Source: an uncultured Pelagibacteraceae bacterium (GTDB lineage: Bacteria > Pseudomonadota > Alphaproteobacteria > Pelagibacterales > Pelagibacteraceae). Taken from it: a stretch of DNA of 64,000 nt. The stretch lies in the NCBI GenBank assembly GCA_902567765.1, contig CACFNI010000001.1:8247-72246 (forward strand), written 5' to 3'. The position numbers and the translations under genes were made by a program. Shown piece after piece: positions 40,687 to 52,104 of this stretch (its first letter is position 1; every line of letters begins with the position of its first letter). The notes under the pieces were generated by a model. The model did no database searches. It worked only from the letters and a program-made list of their open reading frames with translations, and was not told the origin of the DNA.

Positions 40687-41498
40687 GATTTTGAAATTTC
40701 CAAAGTTGAATTAATATAACCATTCATGCTTCCACAATCTAAATATTTTCCTGAAAAATTATGTGCTATGAACTTACTATTTTCAAAAATTAATTTTTGA
40801 ATTGCATCGGTTATATGAACTTCACCACCTTTACCACTTTTTTGTTTTGACAATTTCGAGAAAATTGTTTTAGGAAGTATATATCTTCCAATGACTGCTT
40901 TATTTGATGGTGCGTTTACAACAGATGGTTTCTCAATAACGTCTTTGATATAATAATTTTTTTTATTTATTTTTTTTCCCAATTTAAAAATACCCCATCT
41001 TGAAACACTTTTTTTACTTACATTCATGCAAGCCATTACAGACGTTTTGTAACGATTGTGAATATCAATCATAGATTTTGAACAGTTTTTTTTTATTATA
41101 AGATCATCTGGTAACAACATTAAAAAAAATTTATCTTTTACAATTTTTTTTGTTTTTAATACAGCATCTCCAGTACCGAGTGGTTTATTTTGATAAACAA
41201 ATCTTATTATTTTTTTGTATTTTAATATTTTTTTATATTCATTAATGATTCTAGGATCTTTCTTTTTTTTAATTATTTTTTTATAAAAACTATCACTATA
41301 AAAATAGTCTTTTATAGACATTTTTTTTTTAGAAATTATAAAAACTACCTCTTTAATACCTGCTTCAATACATTCATCTAAAATATATTCAATTCCAGGT
41401 TTGCCATTAATAGGTAGAAGTTCCTTAGCAAATACAGTGGTCAATGGCAACAATCTAGTACCAAGACCAGCTAGCGGAATAATTGCTTGTTTAATCAT
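40683..41498 (-). CDS. galU: UTP-glucose-1-phosphate uridylyltransferase-like nucleotidyltransferase
   Basis: AGLGTRLLP...KELLP, PLGTGDAVL, LPDD, EKP, GRYIL, EVHITDAI; coupled to ugd. Confidence 0.85.
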   Translation of the reverse strand: MIKQAIIPLAGLGTRLLPLTTVFAKELLPINGKPGIEYILDECIEAGIKEVVFIISKKKMSIKDYFYSDSFYKKIIKKKKDPRIINEYKKILKYKKIIRFVYQNKPLGTGDAVLKTKKIVKDKFFLMLLPDDLIIKKNCSKSMIDIHNRYKTSVMACMNVSKKSVSRWGIFKLGKKINKKNYYIKDVIEKPSVVNAPSNKAVIGRYILPKTIFSKLSKQKSGKGGEVHITDAIQKLIFENSKFIAHNFSGKYLDCGSMNGYINSTLEISKS

Positions 41499-41532
41499 TT
41501 AAATGTTTTACTTATTAAAAAGTTTTATACAA

Positions 41533-42345
41533 ATGAAAATTTTATTAAATAAAAATGATTTAAATGAGGCATTATATGGTGTTTCAAACTTAGGTTTTGT
41601 GCCAACTATGGGCAGTCTCCATGAGGGACATATGTCATTAATAAAAAAGTCGATGAAAGAATGTAAAAAAACTCTAGTCAGTATATTTATTAATCCAACA
41701 CAATTTAATAATAAAATCGATTTCAAAAATTATCCTAAAAGTCACAAAAGAGATTTATCAATTCTCAAAAAACTTAATGTAGATTTCGTATTTGTACCTA
41801 AGAACAACGATATTTATAATTACAAGAGAACAAAGAAAATTAAGCTATCTAAAAAAGATAAGATTATGTGCGCAAAATATAGAAAAGGCCATTTTGAGGG
41901 TGTAATCGATGTAATGGACCGTCTCACCAAAATTATAAAACCAAAAAAAATATTTATGGGTGAGAAAGATTTTCAACAGTTATATCTTGTAAAAAATTTT
42001 ATTGAAAAAAATTACAAATCAAGAATTGTGCCCTGTAAAACAATACGTGATAAAAATAAACTAGCTTTATCTTCAAGAAATATACTTTTGAATAAAAATG
42101 AACTATCTATAGCAAGACAATTATCTAAGACTGTTTACTCCATTAAGAAAAAACTAAATAAAATTGATGATAAAAAAAAATTTCTTTTAAAAAATAAAAA
42201 AGAAATTAAAAAAATTTATAATACTAGTATTGAATATCTTGAATTACGAAATATTAATAATTTACAAATGACTAATAATATTAAAAAATCAAAATTGTTT
42301 ATAGCTTACTATTTGAATAAAATTAGATTAATAGATAATTTTTAA
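41533..42345 (+). CDS. panC: Pantothenate synthetase
   Basis: VPTMGSLHEGH, SIFINPTQF, GHFEGV, GEKDFQQ, ALSSRN, RLIDN; start reassigned to ATG 41533. Confidence 0.95.
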   Translation: MKILLNKNDLNEALYGVSNLGFVPTMGSLHEGHMSLIKKSMKECKKTLVSIFINPTQFNNKIDFKNYPKSHKRDLSILKKLNVDFVFVPKNNDIYNYKRTKKIKLSKKDKIMCAKYRKGHFEGVIDVMDRLTKIIKPKKIFMGEKDFQQLYLVKNFIEKNYKSRIVPCKTIRDKNKLALSSRNILLNKNELSIARQLSKTVYSIKKKLNKIDDKKKFLLKNKKEIKKIYNTSIEYLELRNINNLQMTNNIKKSKLFIAYYLNKIRLIDNF

Positions 42346-42347
42346 TT

Positions 42348-43721
42348 TTAAAAAAAATAAGCGCCAACTCCCAAAAATGAAACGAAACCTATAACATCAG
42401 TAATTGTAGTAACAAAAACACTTGATGCAATAGCTGGATCAATATTCATTTTTTTTAATGTTACAGGAACTAAAATTCCAAATAGACCCGCAACGACCAT
42501 AGTAAGTACCATTGAAATTGATATTATTAAAGATAACTGTGCATCATTAAACCAAAGTTGAACTATAAAAGAACTTATAATTGCAAATATAATTCCATTC
42601 AAAACTCCAATATTAAATTCTTTTAATATATTTTGATTAAAATTATTTTTTGTAAGATCATTGGTTGCAAGTGTTCTCACAGTAACAGCGAGAGTTTGCA
42701 TGCCAGCATTTCCACCCATTGATGCTACTATTGGCATTAAAAAAGCTAATACTACCATTTGTTCTATTGTGGCTCCAAATAAACTAATACACCAAGTTGC
42801 TAAAAATGCTGTAAATAAATTTAATAATAACCAATTAAATCTTCTTTTAGTTTTTGTAAAAACACCATCGGTTATTTCTTCATCACCAACACCAGCTAGT
42901 CTCAATACATCTTCTTCAGCTTCTTCTTTAAGAACTGTTAAAACATCATCGCTAGTTATCATTCCAACCAGTTTATTATTTTTATCTACAACGCAAGCTG
43001 AATTTAAATTATAATTTTCAAATAAGTGTCCAACCTTTTCTCTATCCATGTCTACTGGAATTGAAAGCTGACTTTCATTCATTATGGAAATCATCTTAGT
43101 GTCTCTTGGTGTTCTTAAAACCTTTGAAGATGGAACTGTGCCTATTGGTTTGAACTCATTATCAACTATAAATATTTCAAGAAATTGTTCCGGCAAATCT
43201 TTATTTTCTCTAAGATAATCAATAGTTTGACCAACAGACCAGTTGCTCGGAATGGCTGTAAATTGTCTCTGCATTAATCTAGCAGCTGTATCCTCTGGAT
43301 AACTTAAGCTCTCTAATAAGGCAAAGCGATCTTTAGGTGGCAAAGAACTTAAAATTGAATTTTTATTTTTTTCATCAATATTTTCTAAAATCTGAATAGA
43401 GTCATCGGAATCTAAATTTTTTAAAATTGTCACTATTGACTCTGATGATAAATAATTAATTATTTCCTTTTGAATTGACTCATTTAATTCAATAAATATT
43501 TCTGGATCAATTTTAAAATTATTTAATTTGATTAATTTTTCACGATTATTATCACTCAAATTTTCAATGATATCGGCTGCATCTGCTGGGTGCATCTCTT
43601 TAAATGAATTATTAATAAATAAAGCATCATTATTAACTATTTTATCAGTAACAACATTAATGTACTCTTTATTAAACTCAAAATTGACTTTTTTATCTTT
43701 TATTTTTTTAATTAAAGTCAT
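42348..43721 (-). CDS. mgtE: Magnesium transporter MgtE
   Basis: HPADAAD N-domain, CBS pair, PIVASMGGNAGMQ, DPAIAS..FVTTITDV. Confidence 0.97.
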   Translation of the reverse strand: MTLIKKIKDKKVNFEFNKEYINVVTDKIVNNDALFINNSFKEMHPADAADIIENLSDNNREKLIKLNNFKIDPEIFIELNESIQKEIINYLSSESIVTILKNLDSDDSIQILENIDEKNKNSILSSLPPKDRFALLESLSYPEDTAARLMQRQFTAIPSNWSVGQTIDYLRENKDLPEQFLEIFIVDNEFKPIGTVPSSKVLRTPRDTKMISIMNESQLSIPVDMDREKVGHLFENYNLNSACVVDKNNKLVGMITSDDVLTVLKEEAEEDVLRLAGVGDEEITDGVFTKTKRRFNWLLLNLFTAFLATWCISLFGATIEQMVVLAFLMPIVASMGGNAGMQTLAVTVRTLATNDLTKNNFNQNILKEFNIGVLNGIIFAIISSFIVQLWFNDAQLSLIISISMVLTMVVAGLFGILVPVTLKKMNIDPAIASSVFVTTITDVIGFVSFLGVGAYFF

Positions 43722-43781
43722 AAATTTACCTATAATTTATTAGGCACTATTAATACATAATTCATATAATACAAATCTTTA

Positions 43782-44402
43782 ATGAATATTGAGATCAAAA
43801 AATCTAAAAAACCTGTAGAATACGCTAAAGCTATAAGTTTTTTGGAGAATAGAATTGACAAAATTCTCAAAAATAAAGCCTCAGAATTAATATGGATATT
43901 AGAACATCCATCAATTTATACAGCAGGAAGCAGTTATAATGAGAGAGAAATTTTAGATAAATCTATAAATTTATATAAAACAAATAGAGGTGGAAAAATA
44001 ACATATCATGGACCAGGTCAAATTATTTTTTACTTTGCTATAAATCTAAATAATAGGAAAAAAGATATCAGAAATTTAATTAACAAAATTGAAAAGACAA
44101 TAATAGAAACTTTTAAAAGTTATAAAATTAATTCATTTGCAGATAAAAAAAATATTGGTATTTGGGTTATACATAAAAAAAAAATAAAAAAAATAGCAGC
44201 TATAGGAATAAGAGTTAGAAGATGGGTGGCTTATCATGGTTTTTCAATTAACGTTAATACAGATTTAAAAAAATATGAAAAAATAATACCTTGTGGTATA
44301 AATGATAAGAGTTTAATCAATCTCAATACAATTAAAAAGCAATCTTATAAAAATCTTAAGCTGAAACTAATTAAAAATTTTATTAAAAACCTAAAAAGTT
44401 GA
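43782..44402 (+). CDS. lipB: Octanoyltransferase
   Basis: [39 protein letters not shown]. Confidence 0.97.
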   Translation: MNIEIKKSKKPVEYAKAISFLENRIDKILKNKASELIWILEHPSIYTAGSSYNEREILDKSINLYKTNRGGKITYHGPGQIIFYFAINLNNRKKDIRNLINKIEKTIIETFKSYKINSFADKKNIGIWVIHKKKIKKIAAIGIRVRRWVAYHGFSINVNTDLKKYEKIIPCGINDKSLINLNTIKKQSYKNLKLKLIKNFIKNLKS

Positions 44403-45297
44403 GTCTTTTAATTTTTAAAAACTTTTTAAAATAATCTGGAAGTATTGCTCTATAGGTAAATTTTTTATCATTGATCATAAATTTAATTTGATATGAATGA
44501 AGCATTAGATTTTTATTAGAACCTTGTAATTTTTTTTCAAGATTATACTTTTTGTCACCATAAATAGGATGACCAATTTCAAATAACTGTTTTCTCAGTT
44601 GATGCTTACGTCCAGTGATAGGTTTCATTTCAATAAGAGTAAAATTAGTATTTTTATCTAAAACTTTAAAATACGTTTGAGCTTTTTCTGAAATTGGTTT
44701 ATTTTTTTCGTACCTTATTAAATTATTGTTCCATTCACCTGATCTTTCAGATATTTCACCGTGGCATATAGCTAAATAAGTTTTATAAACTTTTCTTAAT
44801 CTAAATAAGGAAGTAAGAAGTTGAGCTGTTTCTCTATTTTTTGCTATAATAAAAACTCCCGATGTATCTTTATCTAGTCTGTGGACTGTAAAAGGCTTTG
44901 TATCAACAAATATTTTACTTTTAGAAAAAATATCAATAAGATTTTTTTTAGATTTAGTTCCTCCTTGAACAGAAATGCCTGATTTCTTATTAATAACTAC
45001 AAAATCCTTATTATTATCAATTATTAAATCTTCATTTGATTTTATTATATTTTTTGTAGGTTTAAATTTAAATTTTTTTTTTAATATTGTTGCCTTAAAT
45101 GAGAAATTATTTAATTCTATTTTATCATTTATATTTACTTTGTAAGAACTTTTAACTTTTTTATTATTAACTTTAATTTTTCCATATCGTAAGTTTTTTT
45201 CTATGAAAGATTGTGGTAGATCTACTAAATTCTTTCTTAACCAGCGATCAATACGCATATTATTAAACGTTTCTTCAACGTAATAAATTTTTTTCAT
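44383..45297 (-). CDS. rluC: RluA-family 23S rRNA pseudouridine synthase with S4 domain (RluC-like)
   Basis: RIDRWL S4 domain, [28 protein letters not shown]. Confidence 0.85.
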   Translation of the reverse strand: MKKIYYVEETFNNMRIDRWLRKNLVDLPQSFIEKNLRYGKIKVNNKKVKSSYKVNINDKIELNNFSFKATILKKKFKFKPTKNIIKSNEDLIIDNNKDFVVINKKSGISVQGGTKSKKNLIDIFSKSKIFVDTKPFTVHRLDKDTSGVFIIAKNRETAQLLTSLFRLRKVYKTYLAICHGEISERSGEWNNNLIRYEKNKPISEKAQTYFKVLDKNTNFTLIEMKPITGRKHQLRKQLFEIGHPIYGDKKYNLEKKLQGSNKNLMLHSYQIKFMINDKKFTYRAILPDYFKKFLKIKRLNFLGF

Positions 45298-45314
45298 TAT
45301 TTTTTGGTTTTTAG

Positions 45315-45752
45315 TTAAGCTGAAGCTGATTTTTTCTCTTCTTTTTTTTCTTTTGTGGTATCTTTTTTCTTTTTATCAACTCTTTTTGCTTCTTTATCTC
45401 TATCAACAAATTCTATAACTGCCATAGGTGCATTGTCTCCATACCTGAAACCAGCCTTTACTATTCTAGTGTAACCACCATTTCTTTTTACATATCTTTT
45501 TGACAAAGTTTTTTTAACTTTGTTCGTTGATTGAATATTTTGTAACTTTTTCATCAATAGCTTTGTTGTTTGCAATGTTTCCTTTTTTCCTAACGTTATA
45601 ATTTTGTCTGCTTGGGGTTTTAAAAACTTTGCTTTTGGCAATGTCGTAGTAATTTGCTCATATTTTATTAATGAATTAAGCATATTTTTTAATAAGGCTT
45701 TTCTATGCTCTGAAGTTCTATTAAGTTTTTTATTTGCAAATCCGTGTCTCAT
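45315..45752 (-). CDS. rplQ: 50S ribosomal protein L17
   Basis: MRH....KLNRTSEHRKA, GGYTRI, GDNAPMA. Confidence 0.98.
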   Translation of the reverse strand: MRHGFANKKLNRTSEHRKALLKNMLNSLIKYEQITTTLPKAKFLKPQADKIITLGKKETLQTTKLLMKKLQNIQSTNKVKKTLSKRYVKRNGGYTRIVKAGFRYGDNAPMAVIEFVDRDKEAKRVDKKKKDTTKEKKEEKKSASA

Positions 45753-45757
45753 GATTT

Positions 45758-46786
45758 TTATATAGCTTCTTCAAGTTTTTTTGACATCTCGGCGATATTA
45801 TCTGGAGGCCAATTTGGTATTTCCATACCAAGATATAGAGACATCCCATTTAAAACTTCTTTAATTTCATTTAACGACTTTCTACCAAAATTTGGTGTTC
45901 TTAGCATTTCACCTTCGGATTTTTGAACTAAATCACCTATATAGATTATATTATCATTTTTTAAACAATTCATAGATCTAACTGATAACTCCAATTCATC
46001 AACTTTTCTAAGAAGATTTTTATTAAATTCTGGTTCAGAGGGTTTTTCACGGACAATGACTTCTTGGGGTTCATCAAAATTGACAAACATGTTCAATTGA
46101 TCTTGAAATATTTTCGCTGAGTAGGCTACTGCATCTTCTGCTGAGATTGATCCATTAGTTTTTACCTCCATAGTAAGTTTATCGTAATCTAAAGCTTTAC
46201 CCTCTCTAGCTGTGCTTACTGAATATGTAACTTTTTTAACTGGGCTATATAAAGAGTCAATTGGGATAAGACCAAGTGGAGGTTCTTCTGGTTTATTCAT
46301 AGAGGCTGGAACATATCCTTTGCCTGTTTCAACAGTCATTTCCATATGAAAATTTGTTTTTTCATCTAAATTGCAAATTACTAAATCAGGATTTAAAATT
46401 TCTATATCGGGCACAGTTGTAATATTTGAAGCTTTTATTTCACCAGGTCCCTTAGCATCTAAAATTAATTTTTTTACGCCTTCAAAAGAACTTTTAAGAG
46501 CTAAAGATTTAACATTTAATACAATATCAGTAACATCCTCTCTGATACCCTTAATAGATGTAAACTCATGTAGAACACCATCAATCTGTATTGAGGTTAC
46601 TGCGGCACCTCTTATGGAAGATAATAATATTCTTCTTAAAGAATTTCCAAGAGTTAATCCATATCCTTTTTCTAAAGGTTCTGCTGTAATTTTTGCATAA
46701 GTTTTGTCATCACTAAGTTGAACATCTAATTTTGATGGCTTTATTAATGATTTCCAATTTTTAATATTTACATCACTTGTTTCCAT
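45758..46786 (-). CDS. rpoA: RNA polymerase subunit alpha
   Basis: [40 protein letters not shown]. Confidence 0.99.
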   Translation of the reverse strand: METSDVNIKNWKSLIKPSKLDVQLSDDKTYAKITAEPLEKGYGLTLGNSLRRILLSSIRGAAVTSIQIDGVLHEFTSIKGIREDVTDIVLNVKSLALKSSFEGVKKLILDAKGPGEIKASNITTVPDIEILNPDLVICNLDEKTNFHMEMTVETGKGYVPASMNKPEEPPLGLIPIDSLYSPVKKVTYSVSTAREGKALDYDKLTMEVKTNGSISAEDAVAYSAKIFQDQLNMFVNFDEPQEVIVREKPSEPEFNKNLLRKVDELELSVRSMNCLKNDNIIYIGDLVQKSEGEMLRTPNFGRKSLNEIKEVLNGMSLYLGMEIPNWPPDNIAEMSKKLEEAI

Positions 46787-47236
46787 TTATACTCTCCTTT
46801 TTTTAGGTGGTCTTGATCCATTGTGTGGCATTGGTGTTGTGTCTTTAATTGAAATAATTTTAAAGCCTCTAGCTTGTAAAGCTCTCAAAGCAGTTTCTCT
46901 TCCTGATCCTGGACCTTTTACTTCTACAGATAATACTTTCATTCCATATTCTAGAGCTTTAGAGGCAGCTGCGTCTGCAGCAACTTGCGCTGCATAAGGA
47001 GTTGATTTTCTTGATCCTTTAAATCCTTTCTGTCCTGCAGATGCCCAAGAAACAACATTACCACTAGTATCTGCTATTGAAATAATTGTATTGTTAAATG
47101 TTGATTGAACATACGCTATTCCATTAAGTATATTTTTTTTAACTTTCTTTTTTTTTGAGTATGTACTTTTTTTAACAGTACTAACTTTTTTTTCCTGTTC
47201 TTGATCTTGGTTGGTTTTTTTTTCTGTTTTTGCCAT
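46787..47236 (-). CDS. rpsK: 30S ribosomal protein S11
   Basis: [34 protein letters not shown]. Confidence 0.99.
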   Translation of the reverse strand: MAKTEKKTNQDQEQEKKVSTVKKSTYSKKKKVKKNILNGIAYVQSTFNNTIISIADTSGNVVSWASAGQKGFKGSRKSTPYAAQVAADAAASKALEYGMKVLSVEVKGPGSGRETALRALQARGFKIISIKDTTPMPHNGSRPPKKRRV

Positions 47237-47238
47237 TA

Positions 47239-47622
47239 TTATTTTTTCAATGGTGTTAATTTTTTTCCAGCTATAGCAATAGCTTTACCTTTTCTTGTTC
47301 TTGCATTACATCTTGTTCTTTGCCCTCTTACTGGCAATTTCTTTCTATGTCTTGAACCTCTATATGATGCGAGATCAATTAACCTTTTTATATTTAATGA
47401 ATATTCCCTTCTTAGATCGCCTTCAACTTTAAAATTTTTATCAATATATTCTCTAATTTTTAGAATCTGATCATCGGTTAATTCATTGACTCTTTTTGAT
47501 TTAGGAATTTCTAAGTCTTTACAAATTTGTTCAGAAAATTTATCACCAATTCCATATATATAAGTAAGTCCAATTTGAACAAGTTTGTTTTGTGGAATGT
47601 TTACCCCTGCAATACGCGCCAT
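47239..47622 (-). CDS. rpsM: 30S ribosomal protein S13
   Basis: [18 protein letters not shown]. Confidence 0.99.
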   Translation of the reverse strand: MARIAGVNIPQNKLVQIGLTYIYGIGDKFSEQICKDLEIPKSKRVNELTDDQILKIREYIDKNFKVEGDLRREYSLNIKRLIDLASYRGSRHRKKLPVRGQRTRCNARTRKGKAIAIAGKKLTPLKK

Positions 47623-47646
47623 AAAAAGTGATTAAAAATTTAGCCT

Positions 47647-47674
47647 TTTATATAAGAAGTTTGTTTAAAGTCAA
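47647..47674 (-). promoter_or_regulatory. Putative rpsM (alpha operon) promoter
   Basis: Minus strand TTGACT-N16-TATAAA in the 56-bp adk-rpsM gap. Confidence 0.5.
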
Positions 47675-47678
47675 TGCG

Positions 47679-48242
47679 TTAAACCCTAAGTTTTTCCTCA
47701 ATTTTTTGAGAAATATCGTTTATTTGCATAGATCCGTCTATTTCATGAAAATTTTCATTGTTCGCATAATAATCTAGTACAGGCTTTGTTACTTCCATAT
47801 ATGTTTCATATCTTTTTAAAATAGTGCTTGCATCATCATCTGATCTTTTTTCTAATACTTTTCTTTTTTCAATTCTTTTAATAATTGCATCCTTATTTAC
47901 ATTAAGAAAAAAAATATAATCTATTTTTTGATTTGATTTATTTAATAATATCTCGAGATTTTTTGCTTGATTTATAGTTCTTGGATAACCGTCAAAAATT
48001 AGTTTATTCTTTTTTAAGGGGTCAAATATTATTCTTTCAAGAAGTTTATTTACAATTTCATCGTCAACAAATTTTCCATCATTCATATTGTTAAGGATTT
48101 TTTTACCAATTTCAGAATCTTTTTTAATTTCTTCTCTTAACATGTCGCCTGTAGATATTTGAAATTTATTTAATTTTTCTACCAAATATTTAGCTTGTGT
48201 TCCTTTTCCAGCACCAGGTGGACCAAAGATAATGATATTCAC
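47679..48242 (-). CDS. adk: Adenylate kinase (short-LID type)
   Basis: GPPGAGKGTQ, STGDMLR, DGYPRT, RSDD; GTG start. Confidence 0.97.
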   Translation of the reverse strand: MNIIIFGPPGAGKGTQAKYLVEKLNKFQISTGDMLREEIKKDSEIGKKILNNMNDGKFVDDEIVNKLLERIIFDPLKKNKLIFDGYPRTINQAKNLEILLNKSNQKIDYIFFLNVNKDAIIKRIEKRKVLEKRSDDDASTILKRYETYMEVTKPVLDYYANNENFHEIDGSMQINDISQKIEEKLRV

Positions 48243-49523
48243 TTATTTTCCAAATTTTGTTTTTTTAATTAATTGTTCATATTGAGAACTCATCATTCTT
48301 GTCTGAATTTGTGTAACAGTATCGATTGCAACAACAACTACGATAAGTATAGATGTTCCTCCCAAATAAAAAGGTATTGGGTAATTTGCAATTAAAAATT
48401 CTGGCATTAAACAAACTAATGTCAAATACAATGCACCAATTGTCGTGAGCTTAGTTAGAATATTATCAATATACATTGCTGTACTTTCTCCTGGGCGTAT
48501 TCCTGGAATAAAACCACCCTGTTTTCTTAAGTTTTCTGCAGTTTCATTAGGATTAAAAGTTATTGAAGTGTAAAAAAAAGTGAAAAAAATTATTCCTGAT
48601 GCATATAATATCATATAGAGAGGTTGGCCTTGACCGAAAAAAGATGAAAAATTTAAAAAAGTTTCACTTTGACTAAAATTAAAATTAGAAAAAGTAACTG
48701 GCAGTAGAAGTAAAGCTGAAGCAAATATTGCTGGTATAACTCCAGCTTGATTAATTTTTAAAGGTAGAAATGATGAATCTCCACCATACATTTTATTTCC
48801 CATTTGTCTTTTTGGGTAGTTTATTAAAATTTTTCTTAGTGCTCTTTCCATAAATACGATAAACATTATTGTTCCAACTAATAGCAAGAAAATTAAAATT
48901 ATCATCACAGTTGATATTGCCCCTGTTCTTCCTAACTCAAATGTTGTCACAAGGGCTCGGGGTATTTCTGCTACAATACCTGAAAATATTATTAATGAAA
49001 TTCCATTACCTATACCTCTTTGTGTGATTTGTTCACCTAGCCACATTAAAAAAATTGTTCCAGCAACAATTGTTGTAACAGTTGATATTTTAAAAAACAT
49101 TCCAGGATTTATAACAAGATTAGCAGAAGATTCTAATCCGACAGCTAAACCATATCCTTGAATCATGGCTAATAAAACAGTGCCATATCGAGTGATTTGT
49201 GATATTTTTTTTCTACCTATCTCTCCTTGGCTTTTTAAATTTTTAAAATAATCAGAAACACCTGTTAATAACTGCACAATAATAGATGATGATATATAAG
49301 GCATAATGCCTAAAGCAAAAATTGCCATTCTACTGATAGCGCCACCAGCAAAAACGTTAAACATTCCTAATAAACCTTTTTGATTGCCTTCCATCATAAC
49401 TTGTAGTTGGTCTGGATCGATGCCTGGTAAAGGAACAAAAGTTCCAAACCTATAAATTGATAAAATAAAAATTGTGAATATTATTCTATTTTTAAGATCC
49501 CCTGATTGTAGACTTGTACTCAT
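48243..49523 (-). CDS. secY: Preprotein translocase SecY
   Basis: ALGIMPYISSSII, WLGEQIT.RGIGNG.SL, FIPGIRPG, GGTSILI. Confidence 0.99.
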   Translation of the reverse strand: MSTSLQSGDLKNRIIFTIFILSIYRFGTFVPLPGIDPDQLQVMMEGNQKGLLGMFNVFAGGAISRMAIFALGIMPYISSSIIVQLLTGVSDYFKNLKSQGEIGRKKISQITRYGTVLLAMIQGYGLAVGLESSANLVINPGMFFKISTVTTIVAGTIFLMWLGEQITQRGIGNGISLIIFSGIVAEIPRALVTTFELGRTGAISTVMIILIFLLLVGTIMFIVFMERALRKILINYPKRQMGNKMYGGDSSFLPLKINQAGVIPAIFASALLLLPVTFSNFNFSQSETFLNFSSFFGQGQPLYMILYASGIIFFTFFYTSITFNPNETAENLRKQGGFIPGIRPGESTAMYIDNILTKLTTIGALYLTLVCLMPEFLIANYPIPFYLGGTSILIVVVVAIDTVTQIQTRMMSSQYEQLIKKTKFGK

Positions 49524-49535
49524 AAACTAGCTGGT

Positions 49536-49991
49536 CTATTTTTTATTAATTTGAATTGAACCACCAATTTTTTTAAGTTTTTCAATTGCTGATTTAGAAA
49601 TTAAATCTGCTTGAATATTAACTCTATCTTTAATTTCGCCTTTTCCTAAAATTTTCAATATTTTGCTATTTTTATTTATTATTTTGAGCTTCTTTAAAGT
49701 ATTCACATTTATTACTTCATTAGAATTCAATTTTTTTTTGTTAATGAACATTTGAATTTTTTCGAGATTTATTATTGCAATTTTTAAATCTTTTATAGAA
49801 TTAAAACCTCTTTTTGGTAGTCTTCTAAAAAGGGGCATTTGACCACCTTCAAAACTTTTAATTGCAACACCAGATCTAGATTTCTGCCCTTTCACTCCTC
49901 TGCCTGAGGTTTTGCCTTTTCCGGAACCTATGCCTCTACCTACTCGAATTTTTTTTCTAATAATTTTTCCTGTTGTATTTAGCGATGTCAT
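49536..49991 (-). CDS. rplO: 50S ribosomal protein L15
   Basis: [29 protein letters not shown]. Confidence 0.98.
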   Translation of the reverse strand: MTSLNTTGKIIRKKIRVGRGIGSGKGKTSGRGVKGQKSRSGVAIKSFEGGQMPLFRRLPKRGFNSIKDLKIAIINLEKIQMFINKKKLNSNEVINVNTLKKLKIINKNSKILKILGKGEIKDRVNIQADLISKSAIEKLKKIGGSIQINKK

Positions 49992-50494
49992 TATCCCCTT
50001 TTTTCTATTATTTCAGAAATTTTTTTATTTCTTATTGTTGATATTTGTTTTGGTGAATTTTGTCCTGTAAGAGCTTTCATTGTAGCTCTTATAACATTGT
50101 GTGGATTTGCAGTACCCATTGATTTTGCAACGATATCTCTTATACCCAAAACCTCGCACACGGCTCTGACAGGACCTCCGGCAATTATACCAGTTCCTTT
50201 TGGTGCGGCTCTTAATTTAATTTTTCCCGCTCCATCTTTTCCATAAATATCATGATGAATTGTTCTTCCTTCCCTAAGAGGAATATGAATAAGTTTTCTT
50301 CGTGCCATTTCATTAGCTTTTTTAATTGCATCAGGTACTTGTTTAGCTTTTGCGTGAGCTATTCCAATTTTTCCATTTTGATTTCCAACTACTACTAAGG
50401 CTGAAAATCCGAATCTTCTTCCGCCTTTAACAACTTTGGTTATTCTATTGATATGAACCAATTTTTCTACAATATCATCTTTATTTTTTTCCAT
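49991..50494 (-). CDS. rpsE: 30S ribosomal protein S5
   Basis: [22 protein letters not shown]; start reassigned to ATG 50494. Confidence 0.98.
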   Translation of the reverse strand: MEKNKDDIVEKLVHINRITKVVKGGRRFGFSALVVVGNQNGKIGIAHAKAKQVPDAIKKANEMARRKLIHIPLREGRTIHHDIYGKDGAGKIKLRAAPKGTGIIAGGPVRAVCEVLGIRDIVAKSMGTANPHNVIRATMKALTGQNSPKQISTIRNKKISEIIEKRG

Positions 50495-50495
50495 A

Positions 50496-50852
50496 TTAAA
50501 AATCCATTCCATTTTTTCTTAAAGTTTCCGCAAAGATTTTTACTCTCCCGTGATATTTGTAAATACCTCTGTCGAAATAAACTTTTGTTATTTTTTTTTC
50601 AATAGCTTTTTTTGCAAGTCTTTCAGCAACTGCTTTTGATAGATCGCTTTTATTTTTTACATTCAAATTTTTAATATCCTTTTCTATTGACGATGCTGAA
50701 AATAAAGTTTTTGAATTTTTATCATCAATAATTTGTGCAGAAATATTTTTGGTTGATCTCGAAACACAAAGTCTAAATCTATCTGATTTAGCAACTTTTT
50801 TTATTTTGTTTTTAACTCTGAATCTTTTTCTATTTGAAGTAGTTAATTTCAT
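50496..50852 (-). CDS. rplR: 50S ribosomal protein L18
   Basis: RL.VSRS, AQIIDD, FDRG.YKYHGRV. Confidence 0.97.
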   Translation of the reverse strand: MKLTTSNRKRFRVKNKIKKVAKSDRFRLCVSRSTKNISAQIIDDKNSKTLFSASSIEKDIKNLNVKNKSDLSKAVAERLAKKAIEKKITKVYFDRGIYKYHGRVKIFAETLRKNGMDF

Positions 50853-51391
50853 TATTTTTTCTTACCTTCTTTTCTAAGTATGTATTGATCTTTTTCCTTT
50901 ATTCCTTTACCTTTATACGGTTCAGGAGGTCTTATAGATTTAATCTTTGAAACTACTTCTCCAACAAGCTGTTTATCATGGCCTGAAATCTTTAAAGAAG
51001 TTTGTTTTTCAACAGTAACTTTTATTCCATCAGGTATATCAAAAATAATATCATGGCTAAATCCAAGTTGCATATTTAATTGATTACCTTTTAAAACTGC
51101 CCTGTAGCCTACTCCTACAAGTTCTAACGTTTTTTCATAACCTTTACTTATTCCTATTATTGCGTTGTTAACCAAACTTCTGTTCATTCCCCATAGTCTT
51201 TTAGTATCTTGATCAATTTTTTTTGGTCTTATAGATATTTCCTTTCCATCATTAATTTTAAGATCAAATATATTTAAATCAATGTTGAGAGATTTTTTCC
51301 CAAGAGGACCGTCCACATTTAAAACAGATCCATTTAATGCAACTTTTACTTTATCTGGTATCGATATATTTATTTTTCCAATTTTAGACAT
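50852..51391 (-). CDS. rplF: 50S ribosomal protein L6
   Basis: [25 protein letters not shown]. Confidence 0.98.
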   Translation of the reverse strand: MSKIGKINISIPDKVKVALNGSVLNVDGPLGKKSLNIDLNIFDLKINDGKEISIRPKKIDQDTKRLWGMNRSLVNNAIIGISKGYEKTLELVGVGYRAVLKGNQLNMQLGFSHDIIFDIPDGIKVTVEKQTSLKISGHDKQLVGEVVSKIKSIRPPEPYKGKGIKEKDQYILRKEGKKK

Positions 51392-51786
51392 TAAAATACT
51401 TTACAAATTATTTCCCCGCCGATTTTTTGTTTTCTAGCATCTAGATCGGTCATCACACCCTTGGGAGTTGAGATTATTGCAATACCTAAGCCATTATTAA
51501 TTTTTGGAAGACTTTCAGCACTAGAAAAAATTCTTCTTCCAGGTTTTGATATTCTTTCAATTGTGCTTATAACAGGATTTCCAGAATGGTATTTTAAATT
51601 TATTGATAAAACTGGTTTTTTCTTATCTTCGTTTATTTTATAATCCTTAATATACCCTTCGTTTTTTAAAATTTCTGATATGCTTATTTTAAAATTTGAA
51701 GAAGGTAATTCTACAACTTTATGATTTCTTAATTGTGCATTTTTAATTCTCGCTATCATATCTCCAATTGGGTCACTTAAACTCAT
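51391..51786 (-). CDS. rpsH: 30S ribosomal protein S8
   Basis: DPIGDM.ARI.NA, SKPGRR, GLGIAIISTPKG. Confidence 0.98.
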   Translation of the reverse strand: MSLSDPIGDMIARIKNAQLRNHKVVELPSSNFKISISEILKNEGYIKDYKINEDKKKPVLSINLKYHSGNPVISTIERISKPGRRIFSSAESLPKINNGLGIAIISTPKGVMTDLDARKQKIGGEIICKVF

Positions 51787-51797
51787 AATTTTCCTTT

Positions 51798-52103
51798 CTA
51801 CCAGCTTGATTTAACCATGCCTGGTATTTTTCCTTGTAATCCTAGTTGTCGTAAAGCAATTCTAGAAATTTTTAATTTTCTATAAACTCCATGCGGTCTG
51901 CCGGTTATTTGGCATCTATTCATAATTCTTACTTTGGAAGAATTTCTAGGAAGCTTTGAAAGCTTTTGTTGTGCCTTAAACCTTTCTTCTAAAGAGATTT
52001 TCTTATTCATGATTATTTTCTTTAGTTCTTGTCTTTTTTTAAAGTACTTATTAACAAGTTTTATTCTTCTATTGTTTTTATTTATTGCACTTAATTTTGC
52101 CAT
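51798..52103 (-). CDS. rpsN: 30S ribosomal protein S14 (Zn-free 101-aa type)
   Basis: [27 protein letters not shown]. Confidence 0.98.
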   Translation of the reverse strand: MAKLSAINKNNRRIKLVNKYFKKRQELKKIIMNKKISLEERFKAQQKLSKLPRNSSKVRIMNRCQITGRPHGVYRKLKISRIALRQLGLQGKIPGMVKSSW

Positions 52104-52104
52104 T

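Noticed and set aside
45753-48243. rpsD, rpmJ and infA absent from the adk-rpsM-rpsK-rpoA region
   Set aside because: Normal arrangement for Alphaproteobacteria; these genes usually lie elsewhere.
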